Source of the DNA: Octopus vulgaris
Lineage: Eukaryota
Reading direction: 5' to 3'
NCBI GenBank assembly: GCA_951406725.2
Contig: OX597826.1
Coordinates: forward strand, 21,080,001-21,144,000
DNA: 64,000 bases
A program made the position numbers and the translations under genes. Below, piece by piece: positions 14,287-27,038 of this stretch; position 1 is the first letter of the stretch, and every line of letters begins with the position of its first letter. The notes under the pieces are model-generated. The model did no database searches and was not told where the DNA came from. It saw only the letters and a program-made list of their open reading frames with translations.

Positions 14287-17200
14287 TCATAGGATTATGC
14301 TCAAGATCGCTTCGTCATTCATACGTGCCATCCTTGCTACATTCACCCATCTTTTTTTAAAACATTCGCTAGACAAAACTTGCCTCCCTACTCTCACTTT
14401 CCTTTTCAAGTGATACTTGAAGTTGATGAGAGATTGACCAGAGAAGAAAGTGTTTGTCTCCAATCCTTTCAGACGCGTCCACCAGATACATTCTTTCGCC
14501 ATAGCCACAAGGATGATGAAAATAGCTCTTCGTTCCCGTTTGAAGGAAGGAGGCGTGACAATATTGACGATAGACACGGCTGATAAACCGACTCATCCTA
14601 CACGTGACAGCAGTTGTTCGACATAAGCTCACAGGTCGGAAATTGTTGGACACTGCACGAGTGCGTGCAGAACGGTTTCGTCGCTCTGACCGCATCTCAG
14701 GAAGGTCGGCCCCATGTTTCTCGAGCCGTGTCTGTAGAGCTTATCCCGAACGGGTAGCGCTTCTCGGTAGCACTGCCAGGCCAGGGATCTCTGGAAGTTG
14801 TCCATGGGCCCTGGCCCGAAAGTCGTCCTGAACAGGCGGGTCAGGTATTCTTCGTCGACGTTCAGGTTTGCCCCGAGCTCGTCGCCGTACCTCCCATCCA
14901 CTAATCCCCTATAGAATGCTTTGGTTGTGTTGAAGTCACTCAAGGTCGACCCGGGACGGCATAGTTGCTTGAGAGCAACGCGACACTCACAGTGTCATTC
15001 GCGCTTTCTCGGCCTCTTTTTCATCCACGACTGCAGTTCAGTCATGGAGACGAGTTGCGGGAAAGCGTGCCTCACAAACGGCGATGACACCTGTTCACCG
15101 TCGTCTACGAAGAGCCTGAGATGTCGCAGTCTCAGCGCGGGTCTGCGCATCATCAACCACGGCATGCCCAGTCCTCCTTTTAACGGGTGTTGACAACAAA
15201 TGGATCGCCTGACCATCGGGACGCATCCTTTCCAGAAGAAGCGAAAGGGAATGCGTTCTAGTTAGGTGATGGTAGGGTCGGGGCAAGGCACGACGGTCAG
15301 GCGGTAGTAGATGGCGGACGCGATGTACGAGTTCGCCACCTCCGCCCGACCTTTTAGGGACAGTTTCCTCTCGGCCCATTGCCGGGCGAGAGTGACCACC
15401 CTACTCGTTATTTCGTTCCAGTTCTTCTCCGTTTGGAGGTCTGGACCAAACCAGACCCCGAGCAACTCGACCGGACCGTCGGTCCAGCGTCCCACGACGG
15501 AGGCGCTGGTGGACGGCATGGGCTTGCTTCTCCAGATGCCGAGTCACAAGCCCACTGACTTTTCCCGGTTGATTTTCGCTCCTGTCACCGCTTCGTAGCT
15601 TTTCAGTGTCTCGATGTGCTCATGGCTAGACACTATGACGGTGACGTCGTCCGCGTATGCAGACACGCTCGTCCCGCATCCTAATTCTTGCGGGATGCCA
15701 CTCAGAGTTGCCAGCTTCCGCAATAATGGCTCGAGAGTCAATACGTACAGAAGCGACGAGAGGGGGCATCCCTGACGGACCGAACGTGCAATGTCGAAAG
15801 GTCTCGATAGATGTCCATTCACGCGAATTACCGAACGGATGCCTGTGTACAAAACGGCTATCCAGCTGCGGAAGACGGGACCGAAACCAGCCGCTCTGAG
15901 GACAGCCTCCAAGTAACGATGGTCTACCCTATCGAAAACTATCGATTGATCCAAATTGATCAGCGCCGCACCCATGCCAGGTTCCTTAACTACTCTGTCT
16001 ATGATGTAGCGCATCAGGTGGAGGTTGTCATGGATGCTCTGGCCCGGCACGGTGCACGTTTGCGCCTTGCCGACCAGTTTCTCGATGACAAGCGCCAACC
16101 TCTTGGCTAACACCTTTGCCAAAAATTTCAAGTCTGCATTAAGCAGAGTGATGGGCCTAAAGTTATCTATTACATTCCCCTTGTTTAGATCTTTCTTCAG
16201 CAGTGTTACGGCTCCTCGGCTCACAAAACCAGGAATGCTCCCGTTTTGCTGCCAGTGGCAGTACACCGCTGCCAAGACCTCTCCAAACAAGTCTGGCATA
16301 CAACTGTAAAGCTCGTGGGGTAGACCATCCAAACCCGGCGATTTGTTCTTCGAGTATTCTGCCATCGCGTCCTGCACTTCCGCCGCCGTGATGGCACCTT
16401 CGCAGCGCCCTGCCTCTCTTGTCGAGAGTCGTGGTAGGCTGTATAGGTAGGCACTGAAGTCCACCCTACGTTCTTGGCCGCCACTCGTCCCGAACAGTCG
16501 GGCAAAATTCTGTTGAAAGGCCTCAAACATTTTACTCGGCTCGAGCAATTCGCGCCCCTGTTCATCTGCCACCCGGGCCTCTCTCGCGCCTCCAACACCT
16601 TCGTTCCTTAGAGTACGCATCCTAGCTCTGACAACACACCCTTCGTGTTTGGTGTTGAAGTGTTGGTCGAGGGCCAACCTCGCCGCCAAAACGTCGGATG
16701 CGATGCCGCTTCTAATTGCCTCTTCTAGCTTCTAGCTCACCCTCTACTCTGTTTCTATCTATGGCTAGTGCTTTGCTGTACCTAATCGCTTCTGCGAGGC
16801 CAAACCACCATTTGTTGTTGATGATGGCTCCCGTCAAAGCCCTCTTTACTAGTGTGCTAATCGGTCTCTAAAAACCTGTCTCGATGGGAAAGACGCGTTT
16901 AGTTTCCAGTATCCGGGACCCTGCCAATGTCACAAGTTTGTGATCCGTGTAGCTGACTATGTGCAATTGTGGACATCCTACGCTATCTCTATCTACTGTA
17001 CTACACAGTATCCTATCTAGATACGGTCTCGACCTGATGCGGTTGCTCCATGTCCACGTTGGCGCATTCAGGTGGTCGAGTCGGTACCTGTCAGACAGTT
17101 GAAAGCGTCTGAGCAGGTTTCTGAGGCATTTGCATCCCCGTCTATTCCTATCTCTGCCCACGTAGTCTAAGGTAGCATTCCAATCCCCCACTAAGAGTAA

Positions 17201-17605
17201 AGGACGAGACGTTCCCAAGAATACTTCTATACGTTGAAAGAAATCCGCCCGACCTGTTAAAGGCGGTGCGTAGACTGATACGAGTCGAAAAGCGCACCCA
17301 TTGCTGCCGTCGACATCCAGGATGATCAGTCTACCCTTCGGGTCTACGAATATTGTCTTTACTTTGAGATCCAGACGCTTGCGAAAAAGTACCGCGGTGC
17401 CACTACCGCCCATTCTTGACAGACAGGGGGGAAAATAAATGTTAAACTGTCCGCCAAACATGGTCTTTAGGGTCCGCGGATTGTTGAGTCTGGTCTCACT
17501 TATGGCAATAATTTCTAACTTGTGTGACTTTATGTCATTTAAGAGGTACCCTTGTTTCCAAGGGGACCCCAAGCCACGCGCATTTACACAACCAATCTTG
17601 ATCAT
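14287..17605 (-). pseudogene. Disrupted LINE ORF2 (AP endonuclease, reverse transcriptase, zinc knuckle)
   Basis: NARGL, ISET, VGDWNA, YLDR, TDH (APE); SPGLDG, FRPITLLNADLK, RQGCPLS, YADD (RT); RCG..DETVLHALVQCP; broken by several stops and frameshifts. Confidence 0.95.
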
Positions 17606-17649
17606 AATCCTAGTGAATTAGAATACAAGCGAAAGGAACAGAGGGTTAC

Positions 17650-18779
17650 TTACTGCTCGGAAGTTTTTGCTTTCTCCTCCTTTGGTTTGTCCTCGAGGAG
17701 ATCCCAGTAAAGTTTCTTCGTGAGGTATTTTTGGCATTTACCAACCGCACTGGGGAAAATACCTTTTAGTGTCTGGTGCAGACTTCTGGAGATATGTAAT
17801 ATTTTGATGTGATCCGGTGGTGTTGTGTATGGGTGATTGTTTGTTTTTATGTCATCTTCTGTTATGTTTGTTTTTGATTTGATGTATTCCATCAAATTTG
17901 TGTTTTTGGTGTCTATAGTTGTGAGCATGTTTGCTGTATATATTTTTGTGGTGTTTGTGTGGCTGTTGTTTGTGGTGGGTTTCGAAATGTCTTCGGGAGA
18001 TGTATTTACCCCTGCTTTGTTTGTGTTTGCATTTGGTTTAGTTGTGTTTCTGCACTTTTTTTCCTTCCTTTTCTAGCTATTTGCCATTCCTCGCTGGTTT
18101 CGTCTTCCGACGGATTTTCTGAGGGATCAGGAATGGGTAGGGGTATGTTGTAGGCTTCTATGTATATCTGTGTAAGTAGTTGTGTTGTTGTTTTCGTTGC
18201 TGTTGGTTGTTGAGTGTTTGTGTGTGGTGAGTGCGGTATAGGGGATGGGAATCAGTTTTTGTATATTTTTTTTTGTTTTTCTGTTCCTTTGGTTCTTGCT
18301 GTTGTTGGTGGTGTTGGTATTTTCTCAGGTGTTTTCTCAGGTGTTGTATAATTTTTGGTTGTTGATGGATTAGCTTGGTGTGCTTCTTTTGTCGTCTTCT
18401 GAGTTGATGGCGGTGTGGGTAGTAGTGCTTTTTTCTCGGAGTGGTTGTTGTTGTTGCTGTGCAGTGGTTGGACACTTCTTTTTCAAATGTGTTTCGCTTC
18501 CGCACAAATAGCAACGTGGTCGCCTGCCCTCTACCACTACATAGAGTTTGTAGCCTTCTGACAGTTCTATAGTGGTGGGTATCTTTTCTCTTGTTTCATC
18601 CAGTCTTTTCGTTCTAGAACAGCGATTTCAAGAATGTTTGTCTCTGCCATTTCAAAGCAGATGGCAGAGACTAACCATTGTATTTCGACTTCAGGTGGTA
18701 CATTTTTTATTTGGACTTTCGTCACCCTCTGGCCTAAATAAGTTGGTATCATAACCAAGTCGTCTGAATGCAACTCCAA
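17650..18779 (-). pseudogene. Disrupted LINE ORF1 with T/Q/P/K-rich low-complexity region
   Basis: Same-strand ORF fragments immediately upstream of ORF2; an RPRCYLC-like knuckle is readable near 18505-18525. Confidence 0.65.
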
Positions 18780-18815
18780 TGTGGAAAATCGTTTTGCTAG
18801 ATTTTGCTAGATTTT

Positions 18816-19520
18816 CGCCATCACTAGTGATCACTCCAAGCACCATGGTGTTGACTAGATGCTTGATTTTTAACAACACGGCAAAGCAATGGTTGTTCTG
18901 TGTGTTCAGCATCTGATCCTGGCAGAAAATTTTCTCGTGCGCGAAAAACCAAAGCATGTTCGGTTGGAGGGGATGTTTGAGTTTGTTCAAAAGCTTCGTA
19001 AAGCGGTCTTTCGTCTTGTCCTTGATAGCTTGGGATAAAAATTGGTCCTTTCTCATCTTGTATGAGGAATACTGAATGTCTTCATGCACTACCTGTCTGA
19101 ACAGAAACTCAGACATTCCCATGTCCCTGGCGATGGCCATGATTTACTTGGAGGGATCGTTGTCAATTATGGTCTGATTTTCACCAACAAATTCAGGTGT
19201 TCTTTTCTTATCAGAACAATCAGGGTGAGTTTTCCGAGCTGCCGTACTCACCATTAGACTCATGCAACTCTTTCCGAATCCTCTGCACTCTCCTCAGATT
19301 GACACCCAAATACTCTGAAATGTTTGTATTGGAGCTTCCGGTGCGAATGCCAAGCAATACAGCATGTCGTTCCCAAGAATGAATTGCGTCATGGTGCCGT
19401 TTTTTCTCACAGACGGTGCTCAACTTACCCTACTATAATGTGTAGTCGACAAAATCAAAAACAGGCAATGCGCATGCGTGAAAGGAAAAATATAAAATGG
19501 CGGCAATAATACCCCGGCAA
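18816..19520 (-). mobile_element. 5' half of a Tc1/mariner-superfamily element, maT/DD37D-like
   Basis: HTH-like VNLRRVQRIRK, IARDMGMSE..RQVVHED, WFF.HEKIF.QDQM.NTQN, MVLGVITSDG; ends abruptly at the LINE junction. Confidence 0.8.
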
Positions 19521-19557
19521 TTTATAATATTATATTATATGCAATATGTATAAAATA

Positions 19558-19599
<42 letters not shown>

Positions 19600-19659
19600 T
19601 ATACATATATTATATCTACACGCGTGCGTGCATATTATATAACTTCTGTCTATACAGAT

Positions 19660-20010
19660 ATTGCATGCAACACTTCTGGAATGTCTTAGATATTTTCAGG
19701 GTTCCACTAATGACTTGTAATTTCCTAATTGATTGTATTCTTGAGGGTTTTCTGAGACCCGGGTTTTCCACATTGGTCTAGAGACAATTGATTGCATAAA
19801 CAAGTACCGCTATAATTATAGATCTAGTGCCACAGAAACAGCCTGTAGGCAGCAGGATATCCATAGATTTCTCATTAACTCGCTACACATGTGTTCTTTA
19901 TCTTTTATTTTTAACAGAATATAAACATCTGTTGGCAACCGAATTTCACCCCACCCGTATACACAATTTCTTCGCTGTGTACCAGATCATGTCTGGTCCC
20001 TTGTCCATAC
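19660..20010 (-). mobile_element. Degenerate restriction-like endonuclease / 3' end of an R4/Dong-like LINE
   Basis: Fragmentary PDMIWY..KKLC, EIRLPTDV and IRKLQVISGTLKISKTF. Confidence 0.55.
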
Positions 20011-20245
20011 ATTCCGTTAGTATGTATGTTACACCTTACGTCGGTACCTGTATGTAAGCAAGTGTGTACGTGCTCACTTATGTATGTAAGCAAAGATATC
20101 AATGCAGGAATGGATCCGTAAGCTTTTTTCTTATGTATGGGTACACGTATATATATGTATATCTGTCTACCCGTGTGTTTATGTGTTTCCCCAGGTTGTA
20201 TTTAATTGCTTGTGCATATTTATATGCATGTATGTTCTATGTAAG

Positions 20246-20277
<32 letters not shown>

Positions 20278-20359
20278 TGTATGTATGTGTGTGTAGGTAT
20301 GATCCGACATCTCAATAAGCAAATTGTATGGAAGTTCCAGTATGCTGACACTGGATTGA

Positions 20360-20575
20360 AATTTTGCCTCAATTTTGGCCAGCAATTTCGGTGGGGGAGA
20401 GTACAAATCGATTACATTGATCCCCCGGGACTCGATTGGTACAGATTTTATCGACCCCGAAAAGATGAAAGGCGAAGTCGACTCTGGCGACATTTGAACT
20501 CAAAAACATAAAGACGGACAAAATGTCGCTAAGTATTTTGTCCGGCATGCTAGCGATTCTGCTAGTTGCTGCTTT
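20360..20575 (-). mobile_element. SINE (family C)
   Basis: ttatcgaccccgaaaagatgaaaggcgaagtcgac...tttgaactc...ctgctag. Confidence 0.8.
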
Positions 20576-20596
20576 CCAATAAATATAATATAATAT

Positions 20597-20901
20597 CACG
20601 TGATCACGTGACCGACCAGACCATCAGATGTTTTTACACATCGCTGGTCACAATGCGTTCGCATTGTTTTAGCCTTCGAATGACGCCACCCCGCTGGCTA
20701 AGCGAGCAGGCCAACAGAAGAAAGAGTGGGAGAAAGAGTGGTGAAAGAGTACAGCAGGGATCACCACCCCCTGCCGGAGCGTCGTGGAGCTTTTAGGTGT
20801 TTTCGCTCAATAAACACTCACAACTCCCGGTCTAGGAATCGAAACCGCGATCCTGCGACCGCGAGTCCGCTGCCCTAACCACTAGGCCATTGCGCCTCCA
20901 C
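20597..20901 (-). mobile_element. tRNA-derived SINE (family D) with 12-bp target-site duplication
   Basis: Head tggcctagtggttagggcagcgg...ggtttcgattcc; ends cacgtgatcacgtg; ataatataatat at 20585-20596 and 20902-20913. Confidence 0.9.
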
Positions 20902-21800
20902 ATAATATAATATAGTAGAAGTAATTCAATCTGAATAATAGCGCAAATCATTTTGTCCGATGTTCCGCCGATTCTAGCAAACAGCAGCAACAACAAAATG
21001 TATGAAAATATTTTTTAGTCGATAAAGGTATTTAGAAATTTAATTTTAAAATTGTCCGAACCAGACGTGGATTTATATTCATTTAAATCCATCTTTACAA
21101 CAATGACTGTTCTCTCACTACTCAACACATTCACATCAAGCCTAAGATTCCCGTTATCAAATCAATTATACTTCCCCTCGTTGTACCTCTTATCTCTCCT
21201 TAACCTGATATCAGCCACAGCAAATCTTTTATAGCGTATCACTTCCAAATGTGATATTATCTTGACCACATTTCACACCATCTGCTCCTTCATATCTATG
21301 CAGACACGTGTCTTTTCATCAAAGCTAAAAACTATTCCTGAATGTTTGTGGTGATTTCTTTTAATTAGTTCGGATTAATTTAGCAAAACATATGTCAGGT
21401 GTTGTTCTCCTAGAATTATCTTGCCAAGATTATATACGAATATGGAAGACATTCCGCCTTTGTCGATGTAGTCGTTGTTGTTGTTGATAATGATAATGAT
21501 GGCGGCAGCGGCGGCGGCGGCGGTGGTGGTGGCGGTGGTCTAAAAAGATGTTCTATACCCACAGCCTTGGCTGACTCTCTGGTAGCATGTATGGGTGGTG
21601 GAGTGAGGTTGTATAAATGCAAGAGAAATACAGTCAGTAGGTGTTTCCAGGAAGATCGATATTCTGTGTCGGAAGGAACCTACGACAGATGCTAGGAAGA
21701 TCTCCAAGTACATACATTCATATATATATATATATATACATACAAGCATACATACATACATACATACATACATACATACATACATACATACATACATACA

Positions 21801-21831
<31 letters not shown>

Positions 21832-21864
21832 TTACATACACACATATATGCATTGAGAAGGACC

Positions 21865-22635
21865 GCAGCCCAGACATCAAAACTAGAAATGTACTGACCA
21901 CCACTAGCAACTTCCACATCAACAGCGACGTTAATAGGATCCACGTCAAGCGAAGTGATGGTGGTAGAGGCACACTACTGTCACGCCAAACAGCCTTAGA
22001 ATGTCGCATTGTATCGCACAGACAACATTTGCTGAAGAGTAAAGAAATGAATATATTCCATGCATACTCACAAGTTAGAACAATATCTTCAGAGTTGGTG
22101 AAGAACTATTGCGCAACTGTCACAGGCGACCCAAAGGAAGGTTGACTGATCTACCTAAACAGAAGCTTAGAGGAGAGGCAGGCATCACACCAGCACAAAG
22201 CAATGCATGGGTACACATCCCGTAAGCAAGAGGACAACAACAGCATTGACAGGAGGAGTAGCCTTTCCTGGACTTGCGATAGATACATTACATCCTACCT
22301 AGAAGGATATATCTTTGCTATCCAGGAGTAAGAGATTGCTACTAAATACCTGATAAACAAGAGGGACAAAGATACTATCAAACATCCACGCTGTGATAGA
22401 AAATGTCGACTTTCCTATATCAATGTGGAAGATATCGCCCACATCAATAGCAGCTGCCCAACATCTCTACGAGATTCTACCTGCCCCTGAGGCAGATATA
22501 GTTGCGAAGACTATTTACAACGCTATCCGCAGGAAGGACTGTCCGGATGCGTACATCAAAGTCATGTTAGAACCAGCATGTAGTGACACCTCTAAAAATA
22601 AGGAAAACTGGTGCGAGAAACCGATGCTTGACTAA
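21865..22635 (+). mobile_element. Degenerate R4/Dong-like LINE fragment (post-RT region to zinc knuckle)
   Basis: DIKTRNVLT..NFHINSDVNRIHVKRSDGGRG, KAMHG, EGYIFAIQE.EIATK, CRL..VEDIAHINSSCP. Confidence 0.8.
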
Positions 22636-23020
22636 AAGCCTGGCCAGTTTCAGAAGCATTTTTCTGTAATTTGAAATCATAAAGAAAAATCATAGGAAAA
22701 CTCTTAGGTCTCTGCTGTTGCTAGGGTTGGTTTATATAATCGGTAAAGAGAAGGAATGGAATCGTAAGGTCTTGAAAACTTTGAAATAAACAAATTCGCA
22801 ACATGAAATGCCTTGATATACTTGTGCCATGCAAATTGATTTATTTATTGACGAGTATTAACAATCGGAAAAACGCCATTGCTTTCTGGACAACCTAAGA
22901 TATTGTACACTTTATCCCCCACTTAAACGTGGATGCTCTATTAGAACAGATTATACTGCGGCAGATACCACGAGAAAAACTCTTATATTGACTTTTGGGA
23001 CAAAATGCACTCTTGTTTAT

Positions 23021-23419
23021 ATTCTTTTCTACTCTAGGCACAAGGCCCGGAATTTTGGGGGAGGGGCAGTTGATTAGATCGACCCCAGCACACAACTGGT
23101 ACTTAATTTATTGACGCCGAAAGGATGAAAGGCAAAGTCGACCTCTGCGGAATTTGAACTCAGAACATAAAGACAAAGGAAATACCTATTTCTTTACTAC
23201 CCACAAGGGGCTAAACACAAAGAGGACAAACACGGACAGACAAACGGATTAAGTCGATTATATCGGCCCCAGTGCGTAACTGGTCCTTAATTTATCGACC
23301 CCGAAAGGATGAAAGGCAAAGTCGACCTCGGCGGAATTTGAACTCGGAACGTAGCGGCAGACGAAATACCGCTAAGCATTCCGCCCGGCGTGCTAACGTT
23401 TCTGCCAGCTCGCCGCCTT
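23021..23419 (-). mobile_element. Dimeric SINE (family C) with two different tails
   Basis: Full unit 23419-23186 ending ccccttgtgggtagtaaagaaatagg, then a headless unit ending ccttgtgcctagagtagaaaagaat. Confidence 0.9.
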
Positions 23420-23500
23420 GTTTGTATTGCTAGATGGAGGTAAATCTCTGCTACCTCCAGTACCGAGACTACTAGATGAGACCACCACATGATTTCGACC

Positions 23501-23596
23501 AAATGGTCTTATGGTCTAATGGTCTAATGTTTAATGGACTAATGGTGTAATGTTTAATGATCTAATGGTCTGATGGTCTATGGTTAGTGGTCTAAC
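23501..23596 (+). repeat. Degenerate 8-bp tandem repeat (aatggtct)
   Basis: About a dozen imperfect units. Confidence 0.85.
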
Positions 23597-24435
23597 AACG
23601 TTATTAATGTTCGTTAGGGCGTCGGACGAAATGCTTTGCCGCATTCTCTTTCATACTTTCTGGTCGACAAAATAAAATACCTGTCAGGTACTAAGGTTAT
23701 CGTAATCGACTTATCCGCACCCTCTAAAATTGCTGGGCTTCTGTCTAATATTGAAACAATCGCAAATGTTTTGTTATCTAAAGCGATTGTTAACTCTACG
23801 ATAATTTCTCTGTGGATGTTTATATTTTATGACAAACTGGCTGAGTCGTTAGAGCGTTGAACAAAATGTTTTGCGTAGGTGTTCTGCCTCTGTACTTTAT
23901 AAGTTCAATTTTCACAAAGGTCAGTTTTATTTTCCGTATTTCCGGAGGTCAAGAAAATAGAGAAGAGTCCAGGGCGATGGATTGACGGAATTGTTAGAGT
24001 CTTGTAGAAAACACATCGAGGTATTCCCTGCAGCTCCTGACGACATAATGGTGCCGAACTTTAGCAGTCCTTTTCTTTCCACTGGATACTATTGGTATCA
24101 TGGAAATTGAAGACTTGCTCCATGGACAACTGCTTACTCAGGTCTGTATTCTGCAGATGAATTTCACCGTTGCAAATGAATAGACCAGTTGATGGTCAGC
24201 ACAGAATGAATGGAAGAGATTAAGGCTTTTAGGATGGACAATAAGAAGAGAAGACTTCTTGGATAGAATTATCAGAAAATGGTGTCTAAATGAGGAACCT
24301 CGACAACAGGAACTAGTTGATCGTTAGTTGAGTGAAAGAGGAAGATAGATTGGAAGTATGGGTGTCTTATGCAATATATCAGGGAAGAAGGAGAAATTAT
24401 CAGTTGTATCAAAGTCAAGCTTCTCTCTGAATCTT

Positions 24436-24449
24436 GCAGCAGCAGCAGT

Positions 24450-24547
<98 letters not shown>

Positions 24548-24559
24548 CGGTGGTAGTAG
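24436..24559. repeat. Compound (CAG)n(TAG)n microsatellite
   Basis: Direct inspection. Confidence 0.95.
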
Positions 24560-25046
24560 ATATTACTGTTTTTATTTTGTAGCCTCAGGTCAGGCTTAAT
24601 CCAGCAAAACGTAAGTTGAGAGGCGTTCCACTTATGACCATCACATCTCAGACACAGCAGATCTAGGACTACAATATTTCTTAAATGTTTTTTGTTTTTA
24701 TTTGGAGTGACGTATGTTTTTCTTCTTTTTTTTTCCTTGTCAAGATAATGGAATATGATTTGAAGGCTTTTATTTCCATCAGGTCTCACTCTCCCTTTCT
24801 TTCCCACTCCCTTTTTCCCTCTCCCCCTCTCTCCTCTCCCTCCTTCTCTCTCTTCCTTTCACTAACAACGCATACATAAATACATATACACATAAATATA
24901 GACACATAAAACACACGCAAACACAAACACCCACACACACAAACAAACAAACATATACATATCAAAAATCCAATAGAACATTACTGCCACAGCATAATGT
25001 TTTGGGAGAACAATTATGCGCGCGCATGTATGTCTATTTGTATGCT

Positions 25047-25081
<35 letters not shown>

Positions 25082-25762
25082 GTGTGTGTATTAAAAACAT
25101 CTCTGTTATTCATCTCACAAACACAGATCTTTCCCTCCTCCTCCTCCTCCTCCTCCTCCTCACATTCCCCCACCCCTTCTAATGGGCAATGATGTCAAAA
25201 GAGAAGCTTGGATCACACGACACACGTTAAACACAAAAACAAAAGATCGAAACAAAATAACAAAAAAAAGGGACAGAAATCCGCCACAAAACTCGCGTGT
25301 GAAGCTAAATCTAAATAAGATGTTTATTTATTGACACGTCTCAGGTGGAAGTGCCGAACCAGGGCCCGGCAATGAATTAGCAACAGGCACCACTTTCAGC
25401 AGATTAATTCTGCGATAAGTGAACAATGTATTTTATGATGGTCACTGCGATTCCTTTATTGCCGGTTCTGTGTTGTAATAACAACGTGGTTGGATCGAAC
25501 AACATCGGCTGGCGAAGACGTACATGATAGGCTGCTGTCGTAGCATTGGTTCGGACGATAACAACACTGCTCAAACATGTTTACGCTGATTATAATGATG
25601 ACGATGACGATGATGATGACGACGATCATCGTCATCATCATCATCATCATCAACATCAAAGCAGTGGCTCATATCAACAACAGCAAAGAGAAAAGGGGGA
25701 AAGAAAACTACCTATATAACTGAGGCAGCCATTACCATAAATGTTTATTTGCACATATACAT

Positions 25763-25821
<59 letters not shown>

Positions 25822-26092
25822 CGTGTATGTATGTATATTTACTTATGTCAGTGAGTGTGTATGTTTGTGTGATTCACATAAATATATATTATATGCTAAC
25901 ACCAAGCACTTATTGTTACACACATACACGTATTATATTTATAGGCATTTGCATATACATATATGAATGTATGTGTTTTATATATGTCATATATATAAAG
26001 CCATATACATATTCTATACTTATAAGTGCGCATAAATCTCTACACAGACATATAAATATATATATACATATATATACTTATATATGTATATA

Positions 26093-26166
<74 letters not shown>

Positions 26167-26804
26167 TAGATACACACACGCGCATAATAGATGTTAATAT
26201 ACATATTTGTAATGGCTGTTTTAGGCAGTCAATAACTCTGTCCAAACACAAAGGCTTTCCGAACAAAGTAACTCATTGTTGGCCGACTATTCTCTGTCAA
26301 CTATAAAGCTATATCGATTTAACTATATCTACCTGTATTGATATCAATTGCATTTATTTTCAATATTATCTAGCTTTACAATTTGCAAAATAATGACCAA
26401 AGCTTTCAACGGTTGTTTGTTTCTTGGGGAGTTTTTGTCTTGTTTTTTTTTTTTTGTTGTTTTTTCCATCGTATTTCTTTCTTTTGTTGTTATTTTTGTT
26501 TTGGCTTGGTTTTTTTTCCTCATATTTTTATGACATTAAATCTAATGGGCTGCAATTTCATTAACCTGAAATAACATTGCTTTGAAACAGTAATATTCTG
26601 TGCTGCAAGATGGCTGCTACACCTATTTATTGCAGTCTTATCCATGCAGCATCGCTGAACTCGCTAAAAACACTTTATTTGATATCATTACAGATAGTTG
26701 TTTATTTGGGCTGTTGTTGTTGTTGTTGTTGTTATTGCGTTTTATCACAGTTAAACTGTTATCAACTGACAATGGTCGATACAAAGTATTCATTAGTTTT
26801 GATT

Positions 26805-26845
<41 letters not shown>

Positions 26846-26958
26846 TATTATTATTATTATTATTAGAATGTCTAAATGAGATTGGTTTATAATTGAAAGA
26901 GAAGATGTTTCTTTTAAATTATTTAAATACAAACTTGCCTGTTTTAGATTTGTAAAGC

Positions 26959-27038
<80 letters not shown>

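Noticed and set aside
24100-24370. Possible RTE/L2-type 3' relic (RLRLLGWTIRRE)
   Set aside because: Too decayed to assign or bound.
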